A stretch of 64,000 nucleotides of DNA, taken from NCBI GenBank assembly GCA_963667785.2, contig CAXXMU010000006.1:1056001-1120000 (forward strand). The letters run 5' to 3'. Made by a program: the position numbers and the translations under genes. This DNA is from Alphaproteobacteria bacterium (lineage in GTDB: Bacteria > Pseudomonadota > Alphaproteobacteria > UBA828). The notes beneath the pieces were generated by a model. The model worked only from the letters and a program-made list of their open reading frames with translations, was not told the origin of the DNA and did not search any database. Positions 1 through 10,409 of the stretch are shown here, piece by piece; position 1 is the first letter of the stretch, and each line of letters starts with the position of its first letter.

Positions 1-1512
1 CGACAGCGTCATCGTCACCACCATCACCAGGACGAGGACGAAGACGGGAGAGAGCGCTCCGCCGGAGCCCAGAATTGCGTCGGTGATGAGCGCCGTGGTC
101 CCCGTCGTCTCCAGCGCGCCGCCGATGGGCATCATCGAGCCGAGCAGGATGATGACCGGCCAGTTGATGCTGTCGTAGGCCTCGCGCAACGGGATGACCT
201 TGAGGAAGAGCATGGCCGCCGCCGCGATGCCCAGCGCAATCGCCGGCGCGACGAAGCCGGCCGAGGCCGCCGCCATGGCCGCAACGAAGATGGCGACCGG
301 CACCCAGGCCCGGCCGGTGCCGCCGATCCTGATGCCCCGGTCCACCAGCGGCAGGCAGCCGAGCTGCGCGAGCAGCGCGGGCATCTGGCTCTCGGGCCCC
401 TGGAGCAGCAGGACGTCGCCTGCACGGAAGCGCACGGTGTGCAGGCGCGCGCCGATGCGCCGGCCCTGGCGGGAGATCGCGAGGAGGTCGAGGCCGTAGC
501 GGCTGCGCAGCGAGACCCCGCTGGCGGTCCGTCTCTCGATCATGCCGGCGGGCGAGACCACCGCCTCGACCAGGACGAGGTCGTCCGCGCCGGACGCAGG
601 CGCGTCCTTCGGCGCGGCGCCCACCAGCTCCAGGCCGAGGGTCTGGATGGTCTCGGCCAGGTCCTCGGGCGCGGCGCCGACCACCAGGATATCACCCCGC
701 TTCACGCGCCCGCGCCAGCCCGCGAGCGCGACCCGCTCGCGGTCGCGGATCAGCTCCAGCAGCCGGGCGCTCTGGTCGTCGAAGATCGCCCGGAGCTGGC
801 GCCGCCCCTTGCCGACGAGCGACGAGGCGGGCGGGACCCGGAGCTCCGTCAGGTAGTCGTCGATCTCGATGATCCGGGGCGACGGTCCGCCCTCGCGCCT
901 CGCACGGGGGATCAGGCGCCAGCCGACGAACGCGACGAAGAGCACGCCCGCCATCGCCACCGGAAGGCCGACCGGCGCGAAGTCGAACATGGCAAAGCCT
1001 TCGCCGGTCGTCTCCGCACGGTAGGTGGCGATGATGATGTTGGGGGGCGTGCCGATCAGCGTGACCAGCCCGCCCAGGATGGCGGCAAACGCCAGCGGCA
1101 TGAGGACGAGGCCGGGCGCGTGCTCCGCCCGCCGCGCCGCGCGGAGCGCCACCGGCATGAAGAGCGCGAGCGCGCCGACGTTGTTGATGAAGGCTGAGAG
1201 GATCGAGGTGATGCCGCCCAGCACGCCGATCTGGACCGGGGCGCGCCGGCCCCCGTGCTGCTCGAGATGGCGCGAGAGGAGCGCGATCAGGGCCGAGCCG
1301 GAGAGCGCCCGGCTCAGGATCAGCACGGCCGCAACGGTGATGACCGCCGGATGCCCGAATCCCCGGAAGGCCTCCACCGGTTCCACCAGGCCGAGCACCA
1401 CCGTGAGAAGGAGCGCGCTGAACGCGACGAGGTCGTAGCGCCAGCGCCCCCAGACGAAGAGGGCGAGGATGCCGGCGAGCAGCGCCAGCATCGTCATCTG
1501 ATCGATGGTCAT
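1..1512 (-). CDS. SLC13/TrkA-C domain permease (partial, runs off window start)
   Basis: Read manually from ATG at 1512: MTIDQMTMLALLAGILALFVWGRWRYDLVAF..., with FINNVGA, GTPPNIII and GDVLLLQG (TrkA-C) segments; absent from the ORF track because no stop lies in the window. Confidence 0.85.
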   Translation of the reverse strand, partial: MTIDQMTMLALLAGILALFVWGRWRYDLVAFSALLLTVVLGLVEPVEAFRGFGHPAVITVAAVLILSRALSGSALIALLSRHLEQHGGRRAPVQIGVLGGITSILSAFINNVGALALFMPVALRAARRAEHAPGLVLMPLAFAAILGGLVTLIGTPPNIIIATYRAETTGEGFAMFDFAPVGLPVAMAGVLFVAFVGWRLIPRARREGGPSPRIIEIDDYLTELRVPPASSLVGKGRRQLRAIFDDQSARLLELIRDRERVALAGWRGRVKRGDILVVGAAPEDLAETIQTLGLELVGAAPKDAPASGADDLVLVEAVVSPAGMIERRTASGVSLRSRYGLDLLAISRQGRRIGARLHTVRFRAGDVLLLQGPESQMPALLAQLGCLPLVDRGIRIGGTGRAWVPVAIFVAAMAAASAGFVAPAIALGIAAAAMLFLKVIPLREAYDSINWPVIILLGSMMPIGGALETTGTTALITDAILGSGGALSPVFVLVLVMVVTMTLS

Positions 1513-1655
1513 GGCCGGGCCGTGCTCCCACCCGTTCGCGAATGCATTCGGGACTCGGCGAATCTGATCATTGCGGCATGGCGGGCGGCAAGGTCGCCGC
1601 TGCGGGACGCGCTCGCAGGCCTACACGGGACGGATCGGCGGGCGTGCGGGGAGCC

Positions 1656-4043
1656 CTATGTCTCCGCCCTCGGCCGCGTCATCTGCCAGTAGGCCAGCGC
1701 TCGCTCCTGGGCGAGGCGGAGCAGGGTGCCCTCGGCGTAGCCGCCTTCCGCGTCGTGATCGCCCGCCGGCATTCCCGTGAAGAGCGTCAACGCCTCGTGG
1801 ATGGTCGAGACCGCATGGACGCTGAACCGACCTGCCGCGCACGCCCGCGAGACCGCTTCGCTCACCATCAGGTCTCCGGCGTTCGAGTGGGGGACGATCA
1901 CGCCCTGGGTGCCGCTGAGGCCGTCCGCCTCGCACACCGCGAAGAACCCCTCGACCTTCTCCGTCACCGCGCCGATCGCCTGAACGTGCCCGAGCTGGTC
2001 GATCGCGCCGGTCATCGCGAGGTCCTGCCGGAGCGGCACGCCGGTGAGCGCGCTCAGGAGGCAGCATATCTCCGCGCCCGACGCGGAGTCGCCGTCGATC
2101 CCGCCATAGCTCTGCTCGAAGGCGACCGAGGCGGAGAAGGCCAGCGGATGGCCGGTCTTGAGCAGGTGGCGCATGAGGCCGCCCAGGATGTAGAAGCCCT
2201 TGGTGTGGATGGCGCCGGAGAGCTCCGCCTCGCGCTCGATGTCGACCATGCCGGCGCTTCCCGGACCCACGGTCGCGGTGATCCGCTGGGGGAAGCCGTA
2301 GGTCAGGGGGCCTGCGCTGACGACCGCGAGCCCGTTGATCTGGCCGATCTCGGCACCCGTCGTCTGAATCCCGATCCTGCCTTCGGCGATCAGCTGGCGG
2401 AAGCGACGCGCCGGCAGGTCGGCGCGCCGTCGCCCGCGACGGATCGCCTCGCTCACGTCGCCGCCTGCCACCGCGCCGCGCCCGGCCTTGCCGGCGAGGA
2501 ACGCGGCTTCCCGGGCGACATCGGCGAGGCGACCGAAACGCGTGGTCAGCCTGTCGCGCCGGCCCGCGACGCGGGCGCCGTGATCGGTTAGCGCCGCCAC
2601 GGCGTCACGCGAGAAGGGCAGAAGCGCCTCGTCGCGGGCGATGCGCGAGAGCACGCCGGCGTAGTACCGGACGCCCGTTTCGTCGCGCGGGATGGTGGTC
2701 TCGAAATCGGCCAGCACCTTGAATAGCTGCCCGAAGTCCGGGTCGCTGGCGCTCAGCAGCTCGTAGAGGCCGCCGTCGCCGATCAGCACCACCTTGACGG
2801 CGATCGGGATCGGGTCCGGCTTGAGGAAGGGTGCGCCGAAAGGGGACGCGGCCTCGGCCGGGACGATCTCCAGCGTGCCCGAGCGCAGGCTGCGCAACAG
2901 CATCTTCCAGGCGCCGGGCTCGGCGAGCACGTCGCGCGCCTCCAGGATCAGGAAGCCGCCGTCCGCCTGGAGGAGCGATCCCCCCCGGATCGTCATGTGA
3001 TCCGCGTGCGAGCGCCCCTCGGCCACGAATTCGCGCTCGATCTCGCCGAGGAGGTTCCTGAGCGAGGGCGTGTGCTCGATCACGATCGGGCAGTCGGAAG
3101 CGGCGTCGTGCTCGAGGATCAGGTTCACCCGATACCGCCGGGTCGCCGTCTCGATCTGGTCGAGAGCACCCAGCTTCTGCACCAGATCGGCCACCACGTC
3201 GGCGAGGAACTCGCGCACCGCCGGCGAATCGAACGCGGCCTCGATCGCATCGATGTGGTGGCCGAGGACGCGGCGCGTCTCGGCCTCGAGCAGCGCGCGC
3301 AGCTTCGCGCGATGGTCGGACCGGACCTCGGCAATCCTGTGGCCGAGCTCCTCGAACTTCAGAGCGAACGCGTTGATGCGGGTGCGGATATGCTCGAAGT
3401 CCTCGGCCGCGAGCGTGCCCTGGCTGCGCAGCGCCTCGAGTTGCTGCAGGGGCACCGCCTCGCCGTCGACGACCGGCAGGATGTCGGGCTGCACGCCGCC
3501 GGCCACCTGGCGCGTGACCAGGGCGAGGCCGTTGGCACGCAGCTCCTCCTCGAACGGTGCGCCGAGCTCGCGAATCGATTGCTGGGCGCCTTCGTCGAGC
3601 GCCGCACGCCTGGCGCGTACCGAATCCGCATTGAGGGCCTGGGCCAGCTCCTCCTCCACGAACTCGACGAGACGATCGACGCTGCGGCAGAACTCGCGGC
3701 CCCGTGCGCGCGGCAGCGTGAGCAGCCGCGGGCGGCCGGGCCGGGTGAAGTTGTGGACGTAGCAGCGGTCGTCGGCCAGGGGGCAGCCGGGACTGATATC
3801 CTCCAGCAATTGGCGAACCAGGCTCTTTCGCCCCGTGCCGGCGATGCCGCGCACATAGATGTTCTGGCCGGGCGCGAAGACCTCGAGCCCGTAGCGTAGT
3901 GCCTCGATCGCATCGTCCTGGCCGACGACACCGGTGATGGGGTCGACGTCGGCGGTGGTCTCGAACGGCGGCAGGAGCGAATCGCAGCTCCAGCGCAGCG
4001 CGTCTGCGCCGAGCGGCTTGACGCCCCTGGACCCTGAAGCCAC
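1656..4043 (-). CDS. Lon-like protease (LonB/LonC type, AAA-like domain plus S16 protease domain)
   Basis: GQDDAIEAL, GIAGTGRKS Walker-A-like motif, GQINGL, EQSYGGIDGDSAS (catalytic Ser), EKVEGFF (catalytic Lys). Confidence 0.9.
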   Translation of the reverse strand: MASGSRGVKPLGADALRWSCDSLLPPFETTADVDPITGVVGQDDAIEALRYGLEVFAPGQNIYVRGIAGTGRKSLVRQLLEDISPGCPLADDRCYVHNFTRPGRPRLLTLPRARGREFCRSVDRLVEFVEEELAQALNADSVRARRAALDEGAQQSIRELGAPFEEELRANGLALVTRQVAGGVQPDILPVVDGEAVPLQQLEALRSQGTLAAEDFEHIRTRINAFALKFEELGHRIAEVRSDHRAKLRALLEAETRRVLGHHIDAIEAAFDSPAVREFLADVVADLVQKLGALDQIETATRRYRVNLILEHDAASDCPIVIEHTPSLRNLLGEIEREFVAEGRSHADHMTIRGGSLLQADGGFLILEARDVLAEPGAWKMLLRSLRSGTLEIVPAEAASPFGAPFLKPDPIPIAVKVVLIGDGGLYELLSASDPDFGQLFKVLADFETTIPRDETGVRYYAGVLSRIARDEALLPFSRDAVAALTDHGARVAGRRDRLTTRFGRLADVAREAAFLAGKAGRGAVAGGDVSEAIRRGRRRADLPARRFRQLIAEGRIGIQTTGAEIGQINGLAVVSAGPLTYGFPQRITATVGPGSAGMVDIEREAELSGAIHTKGFYILGGLMRHLLKTGHPLAFSASVAFEQSYGGIDGDSASGAEICCLLSALTGVPLRQDLAMTGAIDQLGHVQAIGAVTEKVEGFFAVCEADGLSGTQGVIVPHSNAGDLMVSEAVSRACAAGRFSVHAVSTIHEALTLFTGMPAGDHDAEGGYAEGTLLRLAQERALAYWQMTRPRAET

Positions 4044-4178
4044 GGCTCACCTCATTCGCGACTGCTCTATATGGTCGCTTCGCCGTCCTGGAGCAACTCG
4101 GTCGCGCTCCCGGCGCCGATGCCGCAGCCGCCGAGCTACGCGGCGCCCGGCTGCGCCCTGGCGGCTGGAGCAGAGGGT

Positions 4179-5066
4179 CTATACGGGCTGCGCGATCCGG
4201 GCCGGATCGCCGGTATCGAGAGTCGTGACGCGGCGCATCTCCCGCCGGTGCCGGGTGTCGTCGAAGGCGCGCGCCCGGTGCATCGTGGCGCGGTTGTCCC
4301 AGATCACGAAGTCGCCGCTCCGCCACGTGTGCCGGTAGACGAGCTCGGGCCGGGTCGCGTGCTCCATGAGGTCGCGGAGCAGCAGCCGGCCGTCGGGAAC
4401 GGGCCGGTCGAGAATCCGCGACGCGTGCGAGGCAAGGTAGAGGGAGCGCCGCCCGGTGCGCGGGTTGTTCAGCACCAGGGGCTGAACAGCCCCCTTGAGC
4501 CTGTCGCTCTCCTCCTCGGAGAACTCGAAGCCGAGCGTCACGCGCGAATAGGCGATCGAATGGTGCACGCGGAGACCCTCGAGGCCCGCCTTCGTCTCGT
4601 CTTCCAGCGTGTCGTAGGCGGCCCGCATGTCCGCGAACTCGGTGTCGGCCGCGACCGGCGGCAGCGCCAGGGCGGCGAGCATCGAGTAGCGGCCGCGCGG
4701 GTCCTGAAACGACGCGTCGGTGTGCCAGAGGCGGTTCGCGAGGCCGTACTGACGCTTCCTGCTGTCCGCCTCCAGAAGCTCTCCATCGGCATCGACGTTC
4801 GAGACATCGGTGAGCGCTTCGTCGCCGAAGCGGCTCTCCTGCAGGACACTGATGCCGGTCTTGCGATGGAGGTCCCCGTCGAGCCGGACGGCGAAGTCGC
4901 GCTGCTCCTCGCTCGAGAACGCCTGGTCCCGGAACACGAGTACCGCGTGCTCGTCCATGCCCTCCCGGATTCGCTCGAGCGTCTCGTCGTCGTGCACGCA
5001 GCGCAGGTCGAGCGGGCTCGCCTCGGCGGCGAAGCGCGGGTGAAGCCTGTGGAAATCGAGGGTCAT
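4179..5066 (-). CDS. TauD/TfdA family Fe(II)/2-oxoglutarate dioxygenase
   Basis: WHTDASF (HxD), WDNRATMHRA (distal His), TEFADMRAAYD; start placed at MTLDFHRLHP. Confidence 0.92.
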   Translation of the reverse strand: MTLDFHRLHPRFAAEASPLDLRCVHDDETLERIREGMDEHAVLVFRDQAFSSEEQRDFAVRLDGDLHRKTGISVLQESRFGDEALTDVSNVDADGELLEADSRKRQYGLANRLWHTDASFQDPRGRYSMLAALALPPVAADTEFADMRAAYDTLEDETKAGLEGLRVHHSIAYSRVTLGFEFSEEESDRLKGAVQPLVLNNPRTGRRSLYLASHASRILDRPVPDGRLLLRDLMEHATRPELVYRHTWRSGDFVIWDNRATMHRARAFDDTRHRREMRRVTTLDTGDPARIAQPV

Positions 5067-5186
5067 GAGTCGGTCCGGCAGGGCGCAGGCTATGGCACGA
5101 CAGGGTAGCGCGAACGGTCCCCCTGCGGCCACTCCACCCGCACCCGCCGGCGCGCGCGAAATCGAGCGAACTTCTCGATCAGGACA

Positions 5187-5960
5187 CTAGCCCGGCGGCA
5201 GGCCGGCGGTGAGGCCGCCGTCGATCACGAGCGCCGTGCCCGTGATCCAGCTTGCCTCGTCGGAGGCGAGATAGAGGAACGCCGCCGCGATCTCGGCGGG
5301 CTGGCCCATGCGGCCCAGGGGATGCGCGGCACGAGCCGCCGCCCGGCTTGCCTCCGGGTCGTCCTGCGCCTCGAAATACGCGGCAGCCATCGGCGTCTCG
5401 ACGAAACCGGGACAGACGCAGTTCACGCGGATGCCGTGGGCGGCGCCGTCGAGAGCCATGCACCTGGTGAGCATCACGACCCCCGCCTTGGCGGCGGAAT
5501 AGCCGTGCTGACCGGCCATGCCGATGACGCCGGCAACCGATGCCGTGTTCAGGATCGACCCGCCGCCGGCCGCGACGAAGCGGGGCCATGCCGCCCGGCT
5601 ACACCGGTAGATGCTCGAAAGGTCGAGGTCGAGCACGCGATCCCACTCGCCGGCGGCGAGGGTCTCGACGGTGCCGGGCATTGGAATCGCGGCGTTGTTC
5701 ACGAGGATGTCGACGCCGCCGAGCGCCTCCCAGGCGCGATCCACCATGGCAGCGACGGACTCGTCGTCTCCGACGTCTGCGGCGAGGCCTGTCGCCGTTC
5801 CTCCCCGGGCGCGTATGGCGGCCGCCTGCCTGTCCGCGCCGGCGCCGTCGAGATCGGCAATCGCGACGGCCGCCCCTTCCGCCGCGAAGCGCTCGGCGGT
5901 CGCGGCGCCGATGCCGGACGCACCGCCCGTGACCAGCGCGCGTTTGCCCGACAAGCGCAT
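5187..5960 (-). CDS. Short-chain dehydrogenase/reductase (classical SDR)
   Basis: TGGASGIG, NNA, YSAAK, IRVNCVCPG, IDGG. Confidence 0.93.
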   Translation of the reverse strand: MRLSGKRALVTGGASGIGAATAERFAAEGAAVAIADLDGAGADRQAAAIRARGGTATGLAADVGDDESVAAMVDRAWEALGGVDILVNNAAIPMPGTVETLAAGEWDRVLDLDLSSIYRCSRAAWPRFVAAGGGSILNTASVAGVIGMAGQHGYSAAKAGVVMLTRCMALDGAAHGIRVNCVCPGFVETPMAAAYFEAQDDPEASRAAARAAHPLGRMGQPAEIAAAFLYLASDEASWITGTALVIDGGLTAGLPPG

Positions 5961-6066
5961 CAAGGCCTGCTCGGTGGGGAGAACGTCGGGGTCATGGGCC
6001 GGCCGGGCGTGCCATTCAGGGGATGACGAGGGTACAGACGCTGCGGCCGCGGCGGCAAGGCCGGCA

Positions 6067-6537
6067 TCAGCCGTTCGCTTCTGAGCCCGCGTGGCGTGCC
6101 TCCGCGTGTGCCTTCAGCGCCTCGCCCACGTCGGCGAAGCCGCGGCGCATGGAGCCGCCGAAGCACGCCCACACGAGCGGTGCGAGCAGACCCGTCAACC
6201 CGTCCGTGTTGTGATAGCTGCAGCTCGTCGCGTCGAGGGGCTCGAGATGCTGTCCCCGCACCGCGTGCAGGAGCCACCGGGCTCCGAATGTCTTTTCCCA
6301 GGCGATCAGCCGGGGCTCGTCGAACGCGCATACGGTCTCGGTGATTCTGAAGGTCGACGAGCCCATCCTTACCAGCAGGTGCGCAGGAGAGCCGATTGCG
6401 AAGTCCGTTCGGGCCTTGGGCGTGAACGGGTTCCACTCGCCGTAGCTCTCGACCGCGGTCAGAACGCGCCAGACGGTGTCGACCGGCGCGTCGATCCGAA
6501 CCGGCTCGGTACGAACTTCATATGTCGGCATCGTCAT
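6067..6537 (-). CDS. SRPBCC/polyketide cyclase domain protein
   Basis: IDAPVDTVWRVLT..YGEWNPF signature; start overlaps upstream stop (ATGA). Confidence 0.85.
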   Translation of the reverse strand: MTMPTYEVRTEPVRIDAPVDTVWRVLTAVESYGEWNPFTPKARTDFAIGSPAHLLVRMGSSTFRITETVCAFDEPRLIAWEKTFGARWLLHAVRGQHLEPLDATSCSYHNTDGLTGLLAPLVWACFGGSMRRGFADVGEALKAHAEARHAGSEANG

Positions 6538-7589
6538 GCATCCCCAGGGTTCTCAAGCATTCTGACCCGGTCATCCGACCGCTCCCGGCGCTCCCGCGAT
6601 CTGGCCACCAAGTCTTCGCTGGCGGCCCACAATCTGGCGCCGTTTTTCGGATCGGCCGCAGCCGGCAGGACGGACTTCCGCTGCATCAGGTGGAGATAGA
6701 TCCCCGTGGCGCCGCCCGCCTCCTCGGCGCAGCAGAGATAGATCGCCGGCCCCATGGCCTCCTCGGGCGATTGCAGGAAATGCCGCATCACCGGGTCGAC
6801 GATCGGCTTGAGCAGCGCCGGCGCGTCCCTTGCGATGTTGGAGGCGATGCCGCCGGGGCACATCGCGTGCACCGCGACCTCGACCGCGTTGCCCGGGTTC
6901 AGGCGGCGCGACAGCTCGGTCGCGTACATGCAGAGAAGCTGCTTGCTGATGCCGTAGTACTTCAGGCTCTCGTTCGTCCGGTAGTCCGTGAATTCGCCCA
7001 GACGAGCGAAGTCGACGACATGGAAGGAGCGGTGCGCTTCGGACGAGACGAAGACGATCCTCGGAGTCTCGCCGGGCCGGCCCGACGGGCGAATCACCCC
7101 GTCCTGCAGCCATCGGTCGATCATCACGCGCGAGGACAGGAAATGAACGGCAAACATCATCTCGTATCCCTGGGCGGATTTTCTCGCTCTCGGCGGCATC
7201 AGGCCGGCATTCATCAGCGCGACGTCGAGGCGGACGCCGCGCGCCTTCAGCAGGTCGCACAAGCGATGCACGGAATCGAGATCGGCGAGATCGACCTCCA
7301 TCATCTCCACGGCCGAGGAGCCTGACAGCCTCGCGACGTCGTCGCGGCATTCGCCGTGTCCGGGTCGACAGGCCAGGATCATGGCGCCGCCGCGCCGCGC
7401 GAGCTCGACGGCGGCAGCCTTGCCCAGGCCGCTGTTGGCGCCCGTCACCAGGCAGGTCCTGCCGTCGATCCGCACGTCGCCGGGAACCGGGTCGACCTCG
7501 TCGTGCTTCGGCCGCCTGAGGTCCTGGACCGCGGCGACGAGCGCGCCGAGGGGCGTGCCGTCTCCGACGAGTCTGGGCTCCCTCTCCAC
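6534..7589 (-). CDS. SDR family oxidoreductase (retinol dehydrogenase-like)
   Basis: TGANSGLG, NAG, YGISK, MCPG. Confidence 0.9.
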   Translation of the reverse strand: MEREPRLVGDGTPLGALVAAVQDLRRPKHDEVDPVPGDVRIDGRTCLVTGANSGLGKAAAVELARRGGAMILACRPGHGECRDDVARLSGSSAVEMMEVDLADLDSVHRLCDLLKARGVRLDVALMNAGLMPPRARKSAQGYEMMFAVHFLSSRVMIDRWLQDGVIRPSGRPGETPRIVFVSSEAHRSFHVVDFARLGEFTDYRTNESLKYYGISKQLLCMYATELSRRLNPGNAVEVAVHAMCPGGIASNIARDAPALLKPIVDPVMRHFLQSPEEAMGPAIYLCCAEEAGGATGIYLHLMQRKSVLPAAADPKNGARLWAASEDLVARSRERRERSDDRVRMLENPGDA

Positions 7590-7637
7590 GGCTTGCGCTC
7601 CCTCGGCCTTGTCCGTTCCTGCCGTGCAATCCGGCCT

Positions 7638-8897
7638 TCATTCGAAGGGAATCGCGTACTTCCTGCGATAGGCGGAAAAACTCTCCTCGATGATCTCCTC
7701 GCTCAGCCCGAAATCGCCCAGGCGGTAGGTATGCCTGCCGAAACGGTTCTGCGGATTCGCCTCGATGTAGCTCCCGGCGCTCCGGACCGCCGGCTCGTCG
7801 AATTCGATCCCGAGCCGCCGGCAGAGCCGCCGCAGTTGAGCGACGGGATCCTCGATCAGGTCATAGTACGACACGTCGATGAATCGGTCGGGCTCCGCCC
7901 CGGAGCGGGCCGCTTCGGTCGACGCGACCATCCTGCGCGTCTTCCTGCACCAGTGTCTCGCGATCTCGCCCGGATCCACCACGTCGCTGAAGATGCCGCG
8001 GCCGTGCGCGACCATGCTGCAGAACGACGGCAACGCCTTCCGCGGGTCGCGGTGGGTCTGCACGATCGTCGCATGCGGAAACGTCTTCAGGACTATGTCC
8101 ATGTATTCCATGTGATGCGGGGTCTTCAGCACCCACAGCCTGCCCGGACGCCGCCAGCACATAATCTTCAACACCGTGCGAAAGTACGCGTAGGCCCGCG
8201 TGTGGTCCTGCTCCTCCAGCCAGCGGGAATATCCCGGCACGTGCATCATCGCCTCGGGCGCCTGACTCATGAAGTTCAGGTCGAGCAGCATGACGTCCTC
8301 TTCCGGCCCGGCGTGGTCGACCGGGTGGACCGCCATGAACTGCGGCGACAGGTAGGAGATCGCCCGTTGCACCAGAAGCGGGCGGAGCCTGCGGGCGATG
8401 GCCGCGCGCCCCCTCATGCCGCCCGCCGGCACCGGGTCGAGCACTTCGCTACCCGAGAGGCCGCGGATGGCGGGGTGAGAGTTGAGCAGGCGGTGCAGCA
8501 GCGTCGTTCCGGTGCGCTGCAATCCGGTCACCAGGATGATCGTGCCGAGCTCGATCTCGTGTATCTCCGGGTGCCGCCTGAGCAGGTCCTCGATCCGCAG
8601 ACGCTGGACGAGCGCGCCGGCAAGGCGGGACTTCTGGATCAACCGGCCCGTGGCGGTCAGCCGGGCTTCCTCGTTGATCGAGTCGACCAGCACGTGGAGC
8701 GCCTCGGCGTGCCCGTCATCGCCGAAATCGGCGAGCCCGGTCTTGCGTCTGGCATGCTCGAGGAGAGCGTCCACGTCCAGCCGGCGCGACGGCCCCGACC
8801 TGCCGTTCGACCCGCCCAGGGCGTTGAGCACCCTGACCGGGAGCGGACGATGCGGGCGCTCATAGTCCGTCGACGTGACGCGATCCCTCCTGCCCAC
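7638..8897 (-). CDS. Sulfotransferase family protein
   Basis: GLQRTGTTLLHRLL (PAPS-binding loop), WVLKTPHH, QTHRDP; GTG at 8897 preceded by GAGGGG. Confidence 0.9.
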   Translation of the reverse strand: MGRRDRVTSTDYERPHRPLPVRVLNALGGSNGRSGPSRRLDVDALLEHARRKTGLADFGDDGHAEALHVLVDSINEEARLTATGRLIQKSRLAGALVQRLRIEDLLRRHPEIHEIELGTIILVTGLQRTGTTLLHRLLNSHPAIRGLSGSEVLDPVPAGGMRGRAAIARRLRPLLVQRAISYLSPQFMAVHPVDHAGPEEDVMLLDLNFMSQAPEAMMHVPGYSRWLEEQDHTRAYAYFRTVLKIMCWRRPGRLWVLKTPHHMEYMDIVLKTFPHATIVQTHRDPRKALPSFCSMVAHGRGIFSDVVDPGEIARHWCRKTRRMVASTEAARSGAEPDRFIDVSYYDLIEDPVAQLRRLCRRLGIEFDEPAVRSAGSYIEANPQNRFGRHTYRLGDFGLSEEIIEESFSAYRRKYAIPFE

Positions 8898-8917
8898 GGC
8901 GCTGCCCCTCTGCCCAG

Positions 8918-10102
8918 CTAATCTCTCAGGCTGCTCAATTTGACCAGCCGGGTGTGGGGCTGAGGAGTCTCCCTGGCGCGCACCCACCGGAAACACATGG
9001 TCCCGGACATATGACCGGCGGTCTCGATCCAGTTGGGCCGGCCGGGATCGTCGTGCGCCACGATCAGCCGAACGGAATTGTCGTCCTCGTGGTGGGCGAG
9101 ATGCTTGTTGGTGTGAATCCTGTGATGCCGATAGTCCAGGGATTCCATCCAGTAATTGTTCAGCTGAAAGTTCCAGTACCCGCACTCGGGAGGCGTGACC
9201 TCGATCACCAGGGCCTCGTCCTCCGCGATCGCCCAATGGCTGTGATAGTAGGTGATGTTGGGATCGCCGCCGGCGGCCAGCGACACCTCCGGATCGAACA
9301 TCGGCAACGCGTTGCTGTGCTTCTGGAAGTCCCGCGCCCACTTCGCGAACAGCAGCGGCGCGCCGGCGACCAGCGCTCCCGCCTTCGACAACCCCTCGTC
9401 GAGCTGTCTCGGGGTCAGGGGGGCGGGACGGCGTTCATGCTCGGGACAGTCGATGCGCTCGATCCGCAGCTCCGCCGGCCTCTCCGTTTCCCGGTCGAGG
9501 AAGGTCTGCCGCACGACGAGGGTGCCGGTTTCGGGCGTCATGGGCAGCCAGTTCTCAGGCTGCGGCCTGGCGCTGAGCACGAGCTCGAAGTTGCCGTCTG
9601 AATCCATCTCGATCTGATCGGCTTCGATATGGCCGGTGGGAGGCAGGCCGCCGCCCTCGCCGTAGTTGCCGGACTGGGTGCCGAAGCTCAGATAAGCGAT
9701 CGTGTTGCGCCGTCCCGTGATCCTGTATTCGTAGCTGCCGTCCAGGGCAGCCGTCTGGTAGAAGTTGTCCGGATTGTCGGCCCCCAGCTTGGTGACCTCG
9801 TCGACGACACGATGCAGCACCGGAGCCTTGGCGTCCGCGTGCTCGACGAACGCCAGCAGGCCGGCGCGGGCGATGCGGCTGAGGTAGCGGTAGCCCTCCG
9901 CCTGGTTAAACGAATCCTGCGGCGCACCGGGAAAGGTCAACGCCGCTCCCGCCGCCTTGAGGGTGTCGCAGAACTCGTCCCAGGCCTCGCCGCGGACGAC
10001 CCGCCGGGCGGCGATGTCGTCGTCACTCCTGCCCCGCAGCCGCCGGATCAAGAGGGATATCCGGCGAAACAGGGTCAGGAGACATATGACGAGCCTTCGC
10101 AT
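8918..10102 (-). CDS. DUF1214-like domain protein
   Basis: AEGYRYLSR, GADNPDNFY, YWNFQLNNYWMESLDY, NWIETAGH; family typically adjacent to sulfotransferases. Confidence 0.8.
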   Translation of the reverse strand: MRRLVICLLTLFRRISLLIRRLRGRSDDDIAARRVVRGEAWDEFCDTLKAAGAALTFPGAPQDSFNQAEGYRYLSRIARAGLLAFVEHADAKAPVLHRVVDEVTKLGADNPDNFYQTAALDGSYEYRITGRRNTIAYLSFGTQSGNYGEGGGLPPTGHIEADQIEMDSDGNFELVLSARPQPENWLPMTPETGTLVVRQTFLDRETERPAELRIERIDCPEHERRPAPLTPRQLDEGLSKAGALVAGAPLLFAKWARDFQKHSNALPMFDPEVSLAAGGDPNITYYHSHWAIAEDEALVIEVTPPECGYWNFQLNNYWMESLDYRHHRIHTNKHLAHHEDDNSVRLIVAHDDPGRPNWIETAGHMSGTMCFRWVRARETPQPHTRLVKLSSLRD

Positions 10103-10114
10103 GGGTCACCCCTC

Positions 10115-10322
10115 CTAGAGCGTATCCGTCTTTGGCGGATACGCGACAGGCCGCGACTGCGGCCCGCCGCTTATGCGGCGCCCTCGCGGAGGCGCCGGCC
10201 GTCGCGCCGGAAGGCGCGCGGTATCGAATGACGGCCGGAAGGCGCGCGGGACCGCTGGACGGCCGGCTGCCGTGAGCGACAAAGAGGCTGGAGCGTTTCC
10301 GTGTAAAGCGGACACGCTCTAG
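10115..10322. repeat. Palindromic MITE-like element, family A copy 1
   Basis: Ends CTAGAGCGTATCCG ... CGGACACGCTCTAG; reverse-complement match to 37882-38059 and direct partial match to 48356-48511. Confidence 0.85.
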
Positions 10323-10409
10323 CCAGCGCCCTCCCCGTTGCCGCTCGTCCGTTGCTACGCCGGCGCCGGCCGCAAGGCAACGCCCCGACCAGCGTGCAGC
10401 TCGCCTTCC

